DNA of 64,000 bases, from positions 758 through 64,757 of the forward strand of contig JAQGGW010000004.1 in assembly GCA_028289135.1 (NCBI GenBank), written 5' to 3'. Position 1 is the stretch's first letter. Each line of letters begins with the position of its first letter. The notes beneath the pieces are model-generated. The model did not search any database. It saw only the letters and a program-made list of their open reading frames with translations, and was not told where the DNA came from. The DNA is from Candidatus Saccharimonadota bacterium (GTDB lineage: Bacteria; Patescibacteriota; Saccharimonadia; Saccharimonadales; JACDBH01). The translations under genes were made by a program, and so were the position numbers. Positions 26,452 to 36,323 of this stretch are shown in pieces.

Positions 26452-26682
26452 TTATGAGTATAGGGTAGAGAAGTCTGGTGAATCGACAACTGTGTGAGTT
26501 GGCGCGTTTTGATATGGTATATCTTTTGAGGTCTCTGAAATACCAAAAGCAAGCGAAGCAGCTCCAATCATCACAATAGCCCGGTATATAATTCCGTGGC
26601 TACGTAGGTTGTTATAAGCATCGACAACAGGTGTTTGAGCCGACGAGCTATCTTCTTGCATCCAGTTTTGATTATGGTTCAT
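26452..26682 (-). CDS. small hypothetical membrane protein (76 aa)
   Basis: A single hydrophobic segment, IVMIGAASLAFGI. There is no other support. Confidence 0.35.
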   Translation of the reverse strand: MNHNQNWMQEDSSSAQTPVVDAYNNLRSHGIIYRAIVMIGAASLAFGISETSKDIPYQNAPTHTVVDSPDFSTLYS

Positions 26683-26692
26683 AAAATAGCAG

Positions 26693-27397
26693 TTAACTGA
26701 TCAGCGTTCCGACTCTTTCGCCTTCAACAATCTTCTGCAAATTGCCGGGCATCATCATGTCAAACACAATAACTTTGACGTTATGCTCGGCGGCCAGGCC
26801 TAGTGCCGCCCGGTCCATCACCTTGATATCAACATTTTCAATCGCGGACTGGAGTGACATTTCTTCAAGTTTAACGGCGTCAGGGAACTGGGCGGGATCT
26901 TTGTCATAAACGCCGTCAACTTTGGATGCTTTAATTGTTAGTTCGCAGTCCAGCTCAAGCGCCATCATCACAGCAGCGGTGTCGTGCGTTACATATGGGC
27001 GGCCGCTGCCGCCGGCGATGATTAGCACACGGCCTTTGCGAAGGTGCTTTTCGGCCAAGCGGTAAGAGTAAGACTCAGCAACTTGGGCGGCATAAAGGTT
27101 GCTAACACAGCGCGTCTCAATACCTTCTGATTCAAAAATGTCGGTTAGCGCCATGGCGTTCATGAGCCCAGACAACATTCCCATTTGGTCGGCAGTAACG
27201 CGGCGGATACCGTTTCCAGCCGCTTCGGCGCCGCGTACCATGTTGCCGCCGCCAGCAATAATAATAATTTCACAGCCCTCGGCAGTCGCTTTTTTGATTT
27301 CTTGGGCCAAATAACGAGCAACCTCGGGGTCAATACCAAAACCGTGCTTGCCAGCAAGTTGTTCGCCCGATAGTTTGAGAAGTACTCGTTTATACAT
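26693..27397 (-). CDS. pyrH: UMP kinase
   Basis: MYKRVLLKLSGEQLAG...IIIAGGGNMVRG. The start is set at Met15 of the track ORF. Confidence 0.9.
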   Translation of the reverse strand: MYKRVLLKLSGEQLAGKHGFGIDPEVARYLAQEIKKATAEGCEIIIIAGGGNMVRGAEAAGNGIRRVTADQMGMLSGLMNAMALTDIFESEGIETRCVSNLYAAQVAESYSYRLAEKHLRKGRVLIIAGGSGRPYVTHDTAAVMMALELDCELTIKASKVDGVYDKDPAQFPDAVKLEEMSLQSAIENVDIKVMDRAALGLAAEHNVKVIVFDMMMPGNLQKIVEGERVGTLIS

Positions 27398-27464
27398 AAA
27401 TCTGGGATTAAGCTTAACAGATATATAAACGCTTGTCAAAGTGCTAAATATATTACTTTATGTA

Positions 27465-27650
27465 TTATTTTGTTGCTGGATTTGCTGGCGGTACTTCGAT
27501 ATAAGTCGCAATAACTGCACGGTCTGTGTTACTTTCGGCTACCTCTGCTAAAACTGATCCAATTGCGATTATACCAATTATGGGCACCCAAAACCCGTGA
27601 AAAGGACCATAAGTTCTTTCATTTTCATTATTATTATTATTTATACTCAT
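27465..27650 (-). CDS. small hypothetical membrane protein (61 aa)
   Basis: An Asn-rich N-terminus followed by one TM helix, FWVPIIGIIAIGSVLAEV. Confidence 0.35.
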   Translation of the reverse strand: MSINNNNNENERTYGPFHGFWVPIIGIIAIGSVLAEVAESNTDRAVIATYIEVPPANPATK

Positions 27651-27693
27651 TAATATTATTATAACATTTCTAGTAAGAGAGCACGAATAAAGT

Positions 27694-27699
27694 TATACT
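27694..27699 (+). promoter_or_regulatory. -10 box TATACT, 6 nt upstream of the xth ATG
   Basis: AGTTATACTaacagcATG. Confidence 0.4.
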
Positions 27700-27705
27700 A
27701 ACAGC

Positions 27706-28515
27706 ATGAAAATATACTCGTGGAACGTTAACGGCATCAGGGCAGTGTGGACCAAAGGTTTGTTTCAAAAGTTTATCGAAGAAGAGCAGCCGGATATTGT
27801 TTGTTTGCAAGAAACAAAGTCGTTGCAAGAGCAAGCCGAAGTTGAGCTGCCGGGCTACACCGAATTTTGGAATTCGGCCGAAAAAAAGGGCTACAGCGGG
27901 ACGGCTATTTTTACCAAAACAAAACCTCTTTCGGTTGTAAATGGGCTCCCAATTAAAATCGACAAACAGTTTGGGCTTGAAGAAGACACCTATGGAGACA
28001 AAACCGGCAACCCAAACAAAGAAGGCCGCATTACCACTGCTGAATTTGACGAATTCTATCTCGTCACGGTCTATACGCCCAACAGCAAGGGCGACCTATC
28101 GCGCCTCCAACTCCGACACAAAAGCTGGGATCCAGCCTTTTTGACCTATTGCAAAATCCTGGAGCAGCATAAACCAGTTATTTTCTGCGGCGACCTAAAT
28201 GTTGCCCACACCGAGGATGACCTGGCCAACCCGAAAGCAAACATTGGCAAGCACGGCTTTACGGACGAAGAACGCGAAGGCTTCCAGAAGTTTTTAGATG
28301 CCGGATTTGTGGACACGTTCCGCATGTTTACGGCTGGTAACGGGCATTATAGCTGGTGGACGCATTGGGCAAATGCCCGAGCACGCAATGTAGGGTGGCG
28401 GATTGATTATTTCTTGGTTTCCGAAAGCCTCAAGGACAAGATTGTGAGCGCCGAAATCCATACCAAAGTAATGGGAAGCGACCACTGCCCAGTTAGCATC
28501 GAGCTCAACATCTAG
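27706..28515 (+). CDS. xth: exodeoxyribonuclease III
   Basis: MKIYSWNVNGIRA...CLQETK...GSDHCPV is the canonical EEP-fold AP endonuclease. Confidence 0.9.
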   Translation: MKIYSWNVNGIRAVWTKGLFQKFIEEEQPDIVCLQETKSLQEQAEVELPGYTEFWNSAEKKGYSGTAIFTKTKPLSVVNGLPIKIDKQFGLEEDTYGDKTGNPNKEGRITTAEFDEFYLVTVYTPNSKGDLSRLQLRHKSWDPAFLTYCKILEQHKPVIFCGDLNVAHTEDDLANPKANIGKHGFTDEEREGFQKFLDAGFVDTFRMFTAGNGHYSWWTHWANARARNVGWRIDYFLVSESLKDKIVSAEIHTKVMGSDHCPVSIELNI

Positions 28516-29088
28516 ATGAGCAGCGTTGCCATAATCCCCGGTTTTGCAGAGGGTAAATGGCATTATAAACCCATGCAGGCCGCACTTTTAAAATCCGGCT
28601 ATACGCTTGAAAAAAATATTGAAAAAGCGAATATTGTCATTGCACACTCGGGCGGGGTATTCTTTTTGCCGTTGACTGAAAAGTCTCAAACCATCGTCCT
28701 CATTGGGCCGCCATATTGGCCAGGCAAGCCGATTTTGCTTTGTATGGCCCAGAAAATCCACCTGGATTTTCATGCGCGCCAGCAGGAAAAGAAGCTCGGA
28801 TATTGGTTTATTAAGACTTTTTGGAATGGCATTTATACAGTTATTGACCTACTGCGCGCTTATATGCTCCTAAGTTACGTTCGTAAGCACGATCTAAAAG
28901 ACAGGCTGCCAAACAAAAAGATAATTATTATCCGTAATAAAAATGACGCGTGGTGCTCTCCCGACCTTATGGATATTCCGCACAAAAACCCTATAACTTT
29001 TTTTGAATTGCCCGGTGAACACGACGACTGCTGGATCCACCCAGAGCCTTATATTAAAATTCTCCAAAAATTTTCTAGAATAAACTAA
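28516..29088 (+). CDS. putative alpha/beta-hydrolase-fold protein (190 aa)
   Basis: The nucleophile-elbow-like sequence IAHSGG is present, and the ATG directly abuts the xth stop codon. The function is tentative. Confidence 0.5.
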   Translation: MSSVAIIPGFAEGKWHYKPMQAALLKSGYTLEKNIEKANIVIAHSGGVFFLPLTEKSQTIVLIGPPYWPGKPILLCMAQKIHLDFHARQQEKKLGYWFIKTFWNGIYTVIDLLRAYMLLSYVRKHDLKDRLPNKKIIIIRNKNDAWCSPDLMDIPHKNPITFFELPGEHDDCWIHPEPYIKILQKFSRIN

Positions 29089-29972
29089 AGAACACGGTCG
29101 GCAACACGCAGTGCCAAACCACGAGCAGGGCGGTAAGACAGCAAAGTGGCTCCAATGGCTCCCGCGCCTCTAGCCGCAGCTTTGGCGCGTGCTTTCCACC
29201 TGTCAGGAAACGGCATGTGGAGGATAAATGGCGCAATACCTGCATTTTCTGACACTGGCGCTAATGCCAACTGACTTAAGCCCAGTTTAATTCCCATTGA
29301 TTTCTCGCCATATAAACCTTCCGCCAACGCAACACGGCCGGTCATATTAATCCGGTACTGATCGATTGTCCCGCGGTGATATCTTTCGTATTCGTTAATA
29401 TCGGTAATAGCTCCGCGCAAGTATTTAAGTGCCTTGTTTGAATGCTCTTCATGAGGCTCCTTTGCTTGCTCCATGTTAATGGCCTGGCGAAGAGCGAGAC
29501 TCCCAACATACATCCCGCTGGCAGCACGTTCGCGTATTGCTTCTTGAACTTTGTTTTTTAGAGCAATAGTACTATCTTCATTTTTTGATCTCTCATCTCT
29601 GGGATCTTTAACAATGGTATCGGTAGTCGTATCCGATACAGATGATTTTTCTTGCTCAGTTTTGGCTTTTTTCTTTCGTGCTTCTTGTGCAGATACCAAG
29701 TCAGTTGTGGTGCTTTGAACCAACTCATCGTGAACACCATAAGCTTCATCGGCCCACTGAACTGCCGGTTCCGTTAGCCCAATTCTGTCCAAACTGGCTG
29801 CAACGTCACGGCCTGCACGGCCTTTATTAAAAGGGCTTTCTACCGCACTGTCGTAGGCCGCCAGACGAAAACATAATGCTTCATCGTGCTGGCCTTCCAA
29901 ATGAGCAGTTTGCGCAGACTGCATAAGCTGGTCAAAGCTCATGATTTCAATATTTTCTAAATTTAAATTCAT
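29085..29972 (-). CDS. hypothetical protein (295 aa)
   Basis: A long ORF with no recognised motif. Its stop overlaps the convergent gene by 4 nt. Confidence 0.55.
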   Translation of the reverse strand: MNLNLENIEIMSFDQLMQSAQTAHLEGQHDEALCFRLAAYDSAVESPFNKGRAGRDVAASLDRIGLTEPAVQWADEAYGVHDELVQSTTTDLVSAQEARKKKAKTEQEKSSVSDTTTDTIVKDPRDERSKNEDSTIALKNKVQEAIRERAASGMYVGSLALRQAINMEQAKEPHEEHSNKALKYLRGAITDINEYERYHRGTIDQYRINMTGRVALAEGLYGEKSMGIKLGLSQLALAPVSENAGIAPFILHMPFPDRWKARAKAAARGAGAIGATLLSYRPARGLALRVADRVL

Positions 29973-30017
29973 AGAAAATACTATAACATTATTATAAATA
30001 TTTCCAAATCTTCTCAG

Positions 30018-30512
30018 CTAATTTGACTGTACCGCTGCGCCGCTGTTGTCAATTGGCGCACCTGCACCTGGTCCGCCCTGGAAGCCGCCTTGTGCAGGGT
30101 TCAGCAAAATCCGCGCGGCTTTAGTTGTGTCCGCCGCGCTGGCGGTTACAATCACGGTGTCGCCAACCTTTATGTCGCTTACAGCGGCAGCTGCGCCGCT
30201 ATTCGTAACAACTGTTGAGCTGTCGATGGTCAAAGTCTTGGTCGTATTTGTGCGTGTGTCATTTACGGTAATGCTGGTTGTACTTACTGTAGTTACTGAT
30301 CCGAAAGTACCGTTACGCACGCCGCCGCGACGCCCGTTAAGCGTTACATTGCCGTTTACTGTCGTAATACTTTTAGCTGTTTTACCTTTTTGGTACTGCA
30401 TACCACCCAAAAAGCTCAGACCAATTACTACTGCAGACCCAGCCACGCCTAAGATTATTTTGTAACCAGTGTTGGAATTTTTATTGCGAAGGTCAGGAAG
30501 TTCGTGAGTCAT
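30018..30512 (-). CDS. membrane-anchored Thr/Asn-rich accessory protein of the ABC module (DUF5666-like)
   Basis: A TM anchor is followed by ITVNDTRTNTTKTLTIDSSTVV...IKVGDTVIVTA. Its start abuts the ABC ATPase stop codon. Confidence 0.6.
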   Translation of the reverse strand: MTHELPDLRNKNSNTGYKIILGVAGSAVVIGLSFLGGMQYQKGKTAKSITTVNGNVTLNGRRGGVRNGTFGSVTTVSTTSITVNDTRTNTTKTLTIDSSTVVTNSGAAAAVSDIKVGDTVIVTASAADTTKAARILLNPAQGGFQGGPGAGAPIDNSGAAVQSN

Positions 30513-31193
30513 TTATTTAGCTCCGTTTTTTACTAATTTACCATCACTGAGCCGGAAAGTTACATCTGTTTTGCCGGCAATATCAAGGTCATGCGTTACC
30601 ACCACGATTGTAGTTTTTTCGGTGCGGCTAAGGTTATGCAGCAGGTCAAAAATCAGCTTACCGGTTTGGTTGTCCAGGTTGCCTGTAGGCTCGTCGGCCA
30701 AGATGAGGGAAGGGTGGTTGGCCAGCGCCCGGGCAATGGCTACGCGCTGCTGTTCGCCGCCGCTCAAACGTCCTGGCTTGCGGTTTTGTTTGCCGCCTTC
30801 AAGCCCAACTTGGTTAAGCAGCTCTTTGGCGCGGACAAGACGCTTGGTTTTGCTTACGCCCGCAAACTCCATTGGCAGTACCACGTTTTCTATAGCGCTG
30901 AGGTTTGGTACGAGGTTATAGTTCTGAAAAACAAATCCGATTTTTTCGCATCGGTATTTAATGAGGGTGTGGTCATGTAGTTTTACAATGTCTTTTTCGC
31001 CGACCACAATGCTGCCGCTGGTTGGTTTGTCTAGCGCGCCGAGCAAACTCAGCAAAGTGCTCTTACCGCTGCCGCTTTTGCCAATTATACTGGCAAACTG
31101 ACCGTCGGGGACGCTGAACGAAACCCCGTCGATTGCGTTAACATTGCCGTCACCTGTTTTGAATGATTTGTGCAGGTCTTTAACTTGTAACAT
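30513..31193 (-). CDS. ABC transporter ATP-binding protein (MacB/LolD-type)
   Basis: Walker A GKSGSGKST, signature LSGGEQQR and Walker B LILADEPT. Confidence 0.9.
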   Translation of the reverse strand: MLQVKDLHKSFKTGDGNVNAIDGVSFSVPDGQFASIIGKSGSGKSTLLSLLGALDKPTSGSIVVGEKDIVKLHDHTLIKYRCEKIGFVFQNYNLVPNLSAIENVVLPMEFAGVSKTKRLVRAKELLNQVGLEGGKQNRKPGRLSGGEQQRVAIARALANHPSLILADEPTGNLDNQTGKLIFDLLHNLSRTEKTTIVVVTHDLDIAGKTDVTFRLSDGKLVKNGAK

Positions 31194-31214
31194 ATAGTCT
31201 CCTTTCTTGTAGAT

Positions 31215-32588
31215 TTATTCGGCTCTCATGACGTCGGCTGGTCTTACTTTGCTAATGAGCAGGGCAGGGATGGCGCTGCCAAGAATGGCAATCAGGAAGG
31301 CGATACCAACTCCGTCAAGCAAGGTGCCAGCGCCAACGCTGGTTTTAATATTTTTAATGTTTGTTACGCTATTGCTGCCAAAGCCTCTGATGCCGCGCGT
31401 ACGTACACCCGGGCCAGCTGTTTGGGTAGTTGAGCTTGAGCTGTTGTTTACTAAAACTTTTGTAACCGGATTTGCGGCGGCTATACCAATAACCAGCCCA
31501 ACTAACATGCCAAGAAAAGTAAGCGTAACTGCTTCGGAAATAAACTGCAGCATAGTTTTTAGGTTGCTTGATCCGATGGCTTTCATAACGCCAATTTCGC
31601 GGCGTCGCTCGCGGACAATCATCATCATAGTAAGTAAAATTATTACCGAACCGGCGACCAATGCGCCAATGAGGCTATAGAGAGAAATTGTTTTAACGCT
31701 TTCCAGCGGTTCAACGGCCGTCTTGGCGGTTGTTTGGTCGTTTGTAACATCAGCGGCCGTACCAAGCGCTGTTTTAATGGCTGTGGTCGCCGCGTCAATG
31801 TTGTCGATTGAATTAACGGTTGCAGTGGCGCTCGAAATTTGGCCAGCCTGTGCTGATAGTGTTTGCAGTGTTGCCAGCGGCATTAGCATGCCAGCGTTCG
31901 CGAACGTGTTGCCGGTGTCATATATGCCAACAACTTTTACTGTTGCGCCGTATGCGGTAAATGTCGAACCAACACTAAGTGAGTTTTTGGCCGCAAGAGC
32001 CTTGCCGACGACCGCGACATTTTCGGAGCTACTAGCATTAAATGCCGCGCCGCTTGTAAAGGTGACGCTGTCACCGCCATAAGCTGAAGCTGCTGAAACA
32101 TCGTTTACACCTGACACGATCAACGGCGGAGTAAAGGTGCGCTTTACTGTTGCCGTGCCATCTTGGCTTGCTGCAGCGCCTCCTGGAACGCCATCGGGCG
32201 GAGCCTGGAAACCGACACCAGAGTTACCGGCCTGGCGGTTGCCGAGCGTCCCAGCGTCAATTGCCGATACTAAATTTGTATCACTCGTCGTTAGGCGGTC
32301 CTGCAAAGCTTCGGTAACTTTCGTAACATTTGCAATGCTCGAAACTTTGGCAATTTCTGCCGTGGTCAGCGGCTCACCGCCGCCCTGAAAGCCACGGGCA
32401 CCTGCAGGCGAAATCGAAATGGTATTTCCAATAGTGCTTTTTATAGTTGTTATTTTTTGCTGCACAGCTTGGCGGGCACCCAGCATACTAAGCGCTAGGC
32501 CAACGCTCAGCCCCAGTATGACTACAATCGAAAACGTACGGATGGTATTGCGGAACGCATTCCGGATGCCACGGCTAACTACATTCAT
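31215..32588 (-). CDS. ABC transporter permease, FtsX/MacB-type with a large extracytoplasmic domain
   Basis: The topology is an N-terminal TM helix, a periplasmic domain of about 250 aa, and a C-terminal 3-TM FtsX-like region (RRREIGVMKAIG). Confidence 0.85.
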   Translation of the reverse strand: MNVVSRGIRNAFRNTIRTFSIVVILGLSVGLALSMLGARQAVQQKITTIKSTIGNTISISPAGARGFQGGGEPLTTAEIAKVSSIANVTKVTEALQDRLTTSDTNLVSAIDAGTLGNRQAGNSGVGFQAPPDGVPGGAAASQDGTATVKRTFTPPLIVSGVNDVSAASAYGGDSVTFTSGAAFNASSSENVAVVGKALAAKNSLSVGSTFTAYGATVKVVGIYDTGNTFANAGMLMPLATLQTLSAQAGQISSATATVNSIDNIDAATTAIKTALGTAADVTNDQTTAKTAVEPLESVKTISLYSLIGALVAGSVIILLTMMMIVRERRREIGVMKAIGSSNLKTMLQFISEAVTLTFLGMLVGLVIGIAAANPVTKVLVNNSSSSTTQTAGPGVRTRGIRGFGSNSVTNIKNIKTSVGAGTLLDGVGIAFLIAILGSAIPALLISKVRPADVMRAE

Positions 32589-32711
32589 ATTTTTCCTTTA
32601 AATTATGTATTTGATAATAGTCTCAGTTAACTATTACTTACTTAAAATAAGCTGATAAAACTGCAATAATTAACATCTGTTATTTTGTTGTTTAACAGAG
32701 ACACGGCAGCG

Positions 32712-32744
32712 CTTGACACGGCCTTTAGTACACCCGCTGTCAAG
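32712..32744. promoter_or_regulatory. inverted repeat CTTGACA-N19-TGTCAAG in the HK-ABC intergenic region
   Basis: Perfect 7-bp arms read directly. It lies 124-156 nt upstream of the permease start and may be a regulator site or a -35 element (TTGACA). Confidence 0.35.
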
Positions 32745-32768
32745 AGCCTTGGCTGTATCTGTTAGCAA

Positions 32769-33785
32769 TTATTGCGGCAATGAAACTGTAAAAGTTGTGC
32801 CTTTGCCAATTTTGCTAGTGGCCGAAATAGCACCTTTATGCGCGTCAACAATCGCCCGGGCAACGCTCAAACCAAGGCCGTAGCCGGTAGCAACTTTTGT
32901 TTTGGTGCGCGATTGGTCGGCGCGGTAAAATCGTTCAAAAATGTGCGGCAGGTCGGTTTCTTTAATGCCTATGCCTTTGTCGCTAACAGTGACATCAACG
33001 CGTCCGTCGTCCTGCCCAGCCGTAACACTAATCTGTGTTTTTTCACTGCCGTATTTAATGGCGTTGTCTAGCAAAATTACAAACAGCTCAACCAGCTGGT
33101 CACGGTCACCATGCACGGTCGTCACAGCCGTTTCAGGAAGCTTAATAGTCATGTTATGAAGCTTAAGCGGCACAGCCACACGGGCTGCCGCGTCGCCTAA
33201 AATGTCCGTCACCGCTTCGTCTTTCCAATTTTTGTCATCAGTCTCATGGCTGTTTTTTGCTAGGCGGAGCAGGGCGGCAGTCAGGCTTTCAAGCTTTATA
33301 ATTTCTTCTAAGTTGCTGCTTAAGATTTCGCGCGATTCTGTGCCGGTAAGCTTATTAGAGCGCAAAGCAACTTCAATTTCTGTTTTCATAACTGTCAATG
33401 GTGTGCGCAGCTCATGCGCGGCATCACTCGTAAAACGGCTTTGGGCAGCCATGGCTTCTTCAAGCGGTTCCAAGCTTTTTTCGGCAAGATATAGGCTAAG
33501 CGCGGTGCCTGCGGCAAGCATGGCAATATTTAGCACCACTAAGCGCCAGAAGAGCATTGACCTAAAATGATCCAACCCATCATTGCGGATCCGATCGATG
33601 GTTGAAGGCGGCGCAAAATAGAGGTTACCGCGCAGCTGGTTGGCCTGGCGCCTAAAACCAACACCGACTTCGTGAGTCGACTCATAATAAAAAATGGCGC
33701 TAAAGGCAATTGAAAGCACCATAATAATTCCAAGGTACGTCAGGGCAAGGCGGGTTCGGTGGGACAGTTTTTTGTAGGCATTCAT
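32769..33785 (-). CDS. sensor histidine kinase
   Basis: Two TM helices, H-box FTSDAAHELRTPLT, and an HATPase domain (DNAIKYG, DKGIGI, GYGLGLS). Confidence 0.9.
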   Translation of the reverse strand: MNAYKKLSHRTRLALTYLGIIMVLSIAFSAIFYYESTHEVGVGFRRQANQLRGNLYFAPPSTIDRIRNDGLDHFRSMLFWRLVVLNIAMLAAGTALSLYLAEKSLEPLEEAMAAQSRFTSDAAHELRTPLTVMKTEIEVALRSNKLTGTESREILSSNLEEIIKLESLTAALLRLAKNSHETDDKNWKDEAVTDILGDAAARVAVPLKLHNMTIKLPETAVTTVHGDRDQLVELFVILLDNAIKYGSEKTQISVTAGQDDGRVDVTVSDKGIGIKETDLPHIFERFYRADQSRTKTKVATGYGLGLSVARAIVDAHKGAISATSKIGKGTTFTVSLPQ

Positions 33786-33787
33786 AT

Positions 33788-34459
33788 CTAGGCTACTATT
33801 TTATACCCAAAGCCGCGAACTGTTTGCACCAAAGTACTTTTAAAAGGGCGGTCGATCTTGTTGCGCAAATATCCGACATAAACTTCAACAGTGTTTGGCA
33901 AAATGTCATCGTCATCGCTCCAAACGTGTGTAATCAACTCATCCTTGCTAACAACCCGGCCTTTGTGGCGAAGCAAATATTCCAGCAGGCTAAATTCTTT
34001 TGCGGTTAATCGAACGCTCTTCGCACCGTAAGTAACTACTTTTGTAGCTGGTTCCAGTCTTAGTTTTCCAGCGCTCAGTTTTGTCTGGTCAAGCCCTGCT
34101 GGACGGCGGAGAAGAGCGTGGATGCGGGCAACAAGTTCGTCAAAAGCAAACGGTTTGGCCAGGTAATCATCAGCGCCGCCATTAAGCCCAGCGACTTTTG
34201 CCCCCACAGAATCGCGGGCGGTTAGCATCAAAATCGGCGTTTTAGTACCTTTTTTACGAAGCTCTTCGCAGACCGCTTTGCCATCAATGCTGCCGGGCAG
34301 CATCCAATCCAGAACAATAGCGTCATAGTCGCCGCTCAGACCATAGCTCAGGCCGCTGTCGCCGTCTTCCACGACGTCAACGCTAAAGGCTTCCTGCTCA
34401 AGCCCCCGCTTTATGGCTGCTGCAATTTTCGGTTCGTCTTCGACAACTAATATTCTCAT
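33788..34459 (-). CDS. OmpR/PhoB-family response regulator
   Basis: A receiver domain (MRILVVEDE...DWMLPG) plus a winged-helix output domain (LTAKEFSLLEYLL...TVRGFGY). Confidence 0.92.
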   Translation of the reverse strand: MRILVVEDEPKIAAAIKRGLEQEAFSVDVVEDGDSGLSYGLSGDYDAIVLDWMLPGSIDGKAVCEELRKKGTKTPILMLTARDSVGAKVAGLNGGADDYLAKPFAFDELVARIHALLRRPAGLDQTKLSAGKLRLEPATKVVTYGAKSVRLTAKEFSLLEYLLRHKGRVVSKDELITHVWSDDDDILPNTVEVYVGYLRNKIDRPFKSTLVQTVRGFGYKIVA

Positions 34460-34525
34460 GCGAGCAGTATATCCTCAGAATGCTGAAAACAAACTGAAAA
34501 ATCTTACACGAAAATATAGAAATGT

Positions 34526-34531
34526 TAGTAT
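34526..34531 (+). promoter_or_regulatory. -10 box TAGTAT (TGtTAGTAT), 6 nt upstream of the ATG at 34538
   Basis: AATGTTAGTATatgtctATG. The first ATG (34532) abuts the box, so the second ATG is the more likely start. Confidence 0.4.
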
Positions 34532-34537
34532 ATGTCT

Positions 34538-35329
34538 ATGCAGGATTATTGGATAAAGCAAACTGTGGATAAACCGGCGTTCCCAGACATTTTGTGGTCG
34601 CGGCCGGAGAGCAAGCATGCCGCAGGCAAGCTTTTGATTATTGGAGGCAATGCACATGGGTTTATTGACGTTGGACTAAGTTACCAGCATGCTGTAAATG
34701 CAGGCGCGGGAACAGTACGTGTTTTATTGCCGGACGCTTTGCAAAAAACCGTCGGGCGGACTTTGGAAAACTGTGAATACGCGCCCAGCACTCCAAGCGG
34801 CAGCTTTGCCAAAACCGCATTAACGGAGCTAATGATCCACGCCAGTTGGGCAGACTGCGTACTGCTGGCGGGTGAATTTGGCCGCAACAGCGAAACCGCA
34901 ATTATGCTGGAATCTTTTGTAGAAAAGTACAGCGGGCCATTGGTTGTAACGCGGGACGCGGTAGATTATTTCTTTAGCCATTCGCAGCTTTTAATGGACA
35001 GGCCGCTGACATGCATTGTTGGGTCTTTGGGGCAAATCCAAAAGCTAGCCGCCAATAGTCATTTTCCCCAAGCAATCACAACGAGCCTGGATATTATCCG
35101 CTTGGTCGGAGTACTGCATGACTTAAATAAGCTTCACACTGCGCACATCATTACCCACCAGCTTGGCACCACGATCGTTGCCGCCGAAGATAAAATAAGC
35201 AGCACAAAAACCGGCTCCAACGAAGACATCTGGCGAGTCCCAACCGCTGCCGCGGCTGCCGTCTACTGGATGCAAAGTCTTAGTAAACCGTTCGAATCAT
35301 TGACTACTTCTCTTGCATTAGTTAATTAA
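34538..35329 (+). CDS. YjeF C-terminal-like carbohydrate-kinase-fold protein (NAD(P)HX dehydratase-like, divergent)
   Basis: AAGKLLIIGGNAHGF...AVNAGAGTVRVLLP resembles the YjeF_C N-terminal region. The C-terminal GGxGD motif is not seen. Confidence 0.45.
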   Translation: MQDYWIKQTVDKPAFPDILWSRPESKHAAGKLLIIGGNAHGFIDVGLSYQHAVNAGAGTVRVLLPDALQKTVGRTLENCEYAPSTPSGSFAKTALTELMIHASWADCVLLAGEFGRNSETAIMLESFVEKYSGPLVVTRDAVDYFFSHSQLLMDRPLTCIVGSLGQIQKLAANSHFPQAITTSLDIIRLVGVLHDLNKLHTAHIITHQLGTTIVAAEDKISSTKTGSNEDIWRVPTAAAAAVYWMQSLSKPFESLTTSLALVN

Positions 35330-35347
35330 AAGTGTTATTATATTTAC

Positions 35348-35524
35348 ATGTCATCGCAAGAAAAAATTCGTAACGATAGAGCCGTGAAAATGATAGCTGA
35401 AAGAAACGGTAGTTTTGCTACGCATCACAAAGACTATAGATACGCGCGTGCACGAGGCGCACAAATTGAAGCCTATAAAAAATGGCAAGCTTTAAAACAC
35501 TTGGAGCCAGACTCATATGCTTAG
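35348..35524 (+). CDS. possible 58-aa basic protein (below the track cutoff)
   Basis: ATG...TAG read by hand: MSSQEKIRNDRAVKMIAERNGSFATHHKDYRYARARGAQIEAYKKWQALKHLEPDSYA. It overlaps the next ORF by 43 nt and lies in the low-GC islet. Confidence 0.3.
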   Translation: MSSQEKIRNDRAVKMIAERNGSFATHHKDYRYARARGAQIEAYKKWQALKHLEPDSYA

Positions 35525-36255
35525 AAGCAGCTCTAGAATTAGCAAGCGATGCTTATAGTGATCAGGAGCGTGATCACTTCTCGGAAGATATTTATGAAAC
35601 AGCCGCAAAAATAAAGGAAACCATACCATATGCAGCACCAACCGATCTAAGTCGTTTTCTAGCAATACGTGTTTTGCCTAATATACCTGCGCTTATGAAA
35701 ATAAAAGTATTTCAGGAAAAACCTAACGAAGTGCAATTACAAAAAGCCTTTGACACACATAGGGTTGACCTAAACACAGAAAATAAAGCACTTAGAGAAC
35801 TAATTGGTGATACTCCTACTCCCGAACTAAATGGAGTCCTTGCAGAATCTTTCGTATTATTATCTTTGCAACGATATGCACTTAAAACCCATCCTGATAT
35901 GACTTGGGTTCCATTGCCTTCGGTGGGAAGAGAAGATTCTACTGGATCTGAAGGATCAGTTTTTCAGCCAACATGGGACATATCCGTCTATACTGCACTC
36001 GATGAACAGCCTGAACTTACATATAAAGTTCAGGTAAAAAAGGGCAGGGAAGGTTTATATCCCCGACAATATGCTGATGACATAACCATGGTTTACGCAT
36101 GCGAGGATCTTGCATTTCCATCTGAAAGAAATGTAAACAATAGTAGTTATGTATCAGTACCACGTTTATTAAGAGAAATCGCACCAGATGCGGATAGTCG
36201 TGCGGTAGATCGTTGGGACTCTCGCACCGAAAAGTTATTAGACATATTAAACTAA
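35482..36255 (+). CDS. hypothetical protein with a C-terminal DUF4365-like PD-(D/E)XK nuclease motif set
   Basis: AESFVLLSL...TWDISVYT...TYKVQVKKG fits the E...D...(E/Q)xK restriction-endonuclease-fold pattern. GC is about 38-43% in sampled lines. Confidence 0.5.
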   Translation: MASFKTLGARLICLEAALELASDAYSDQERDHFSEDIYETAAKIKETIPYAAPTDLSRFLAIRVLPNIPALMKIKVFQEKPNEVQLQKAFDTHRVDLNTENKALRELIGDTPTPELNGVLAESFVLLSLQRYALKTHPDMTWVPLPSVGREDSTGSEGSVFQPTWDISVYTALDEQPELTYKVQVKKGREGLYPRQYADDITMVYACEDLAFPSERNVNNSSYVSVPRLLREIAPDADSRAVDRWDSRTEKLLDILN

Positions 36256-36272
36256 TTTTGAAAGTAAAAAAT

Positions 36273-36302
36273 AAACCCACAAACATTTAAGTTTGTGGGT
36301 TT
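36273..36302. terminator. hairpin terminator (bidirectional) between the islet ORF and tRNA-Leu
   Basis: AAACCCACAAAC atttaa GTTTGTGGGTTT, a perfect 12-bp stem preceded by an A-run. Confidence 0.55.
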
Positions 36303-36323
36303 ACATTCAAGATACACTTTGTT

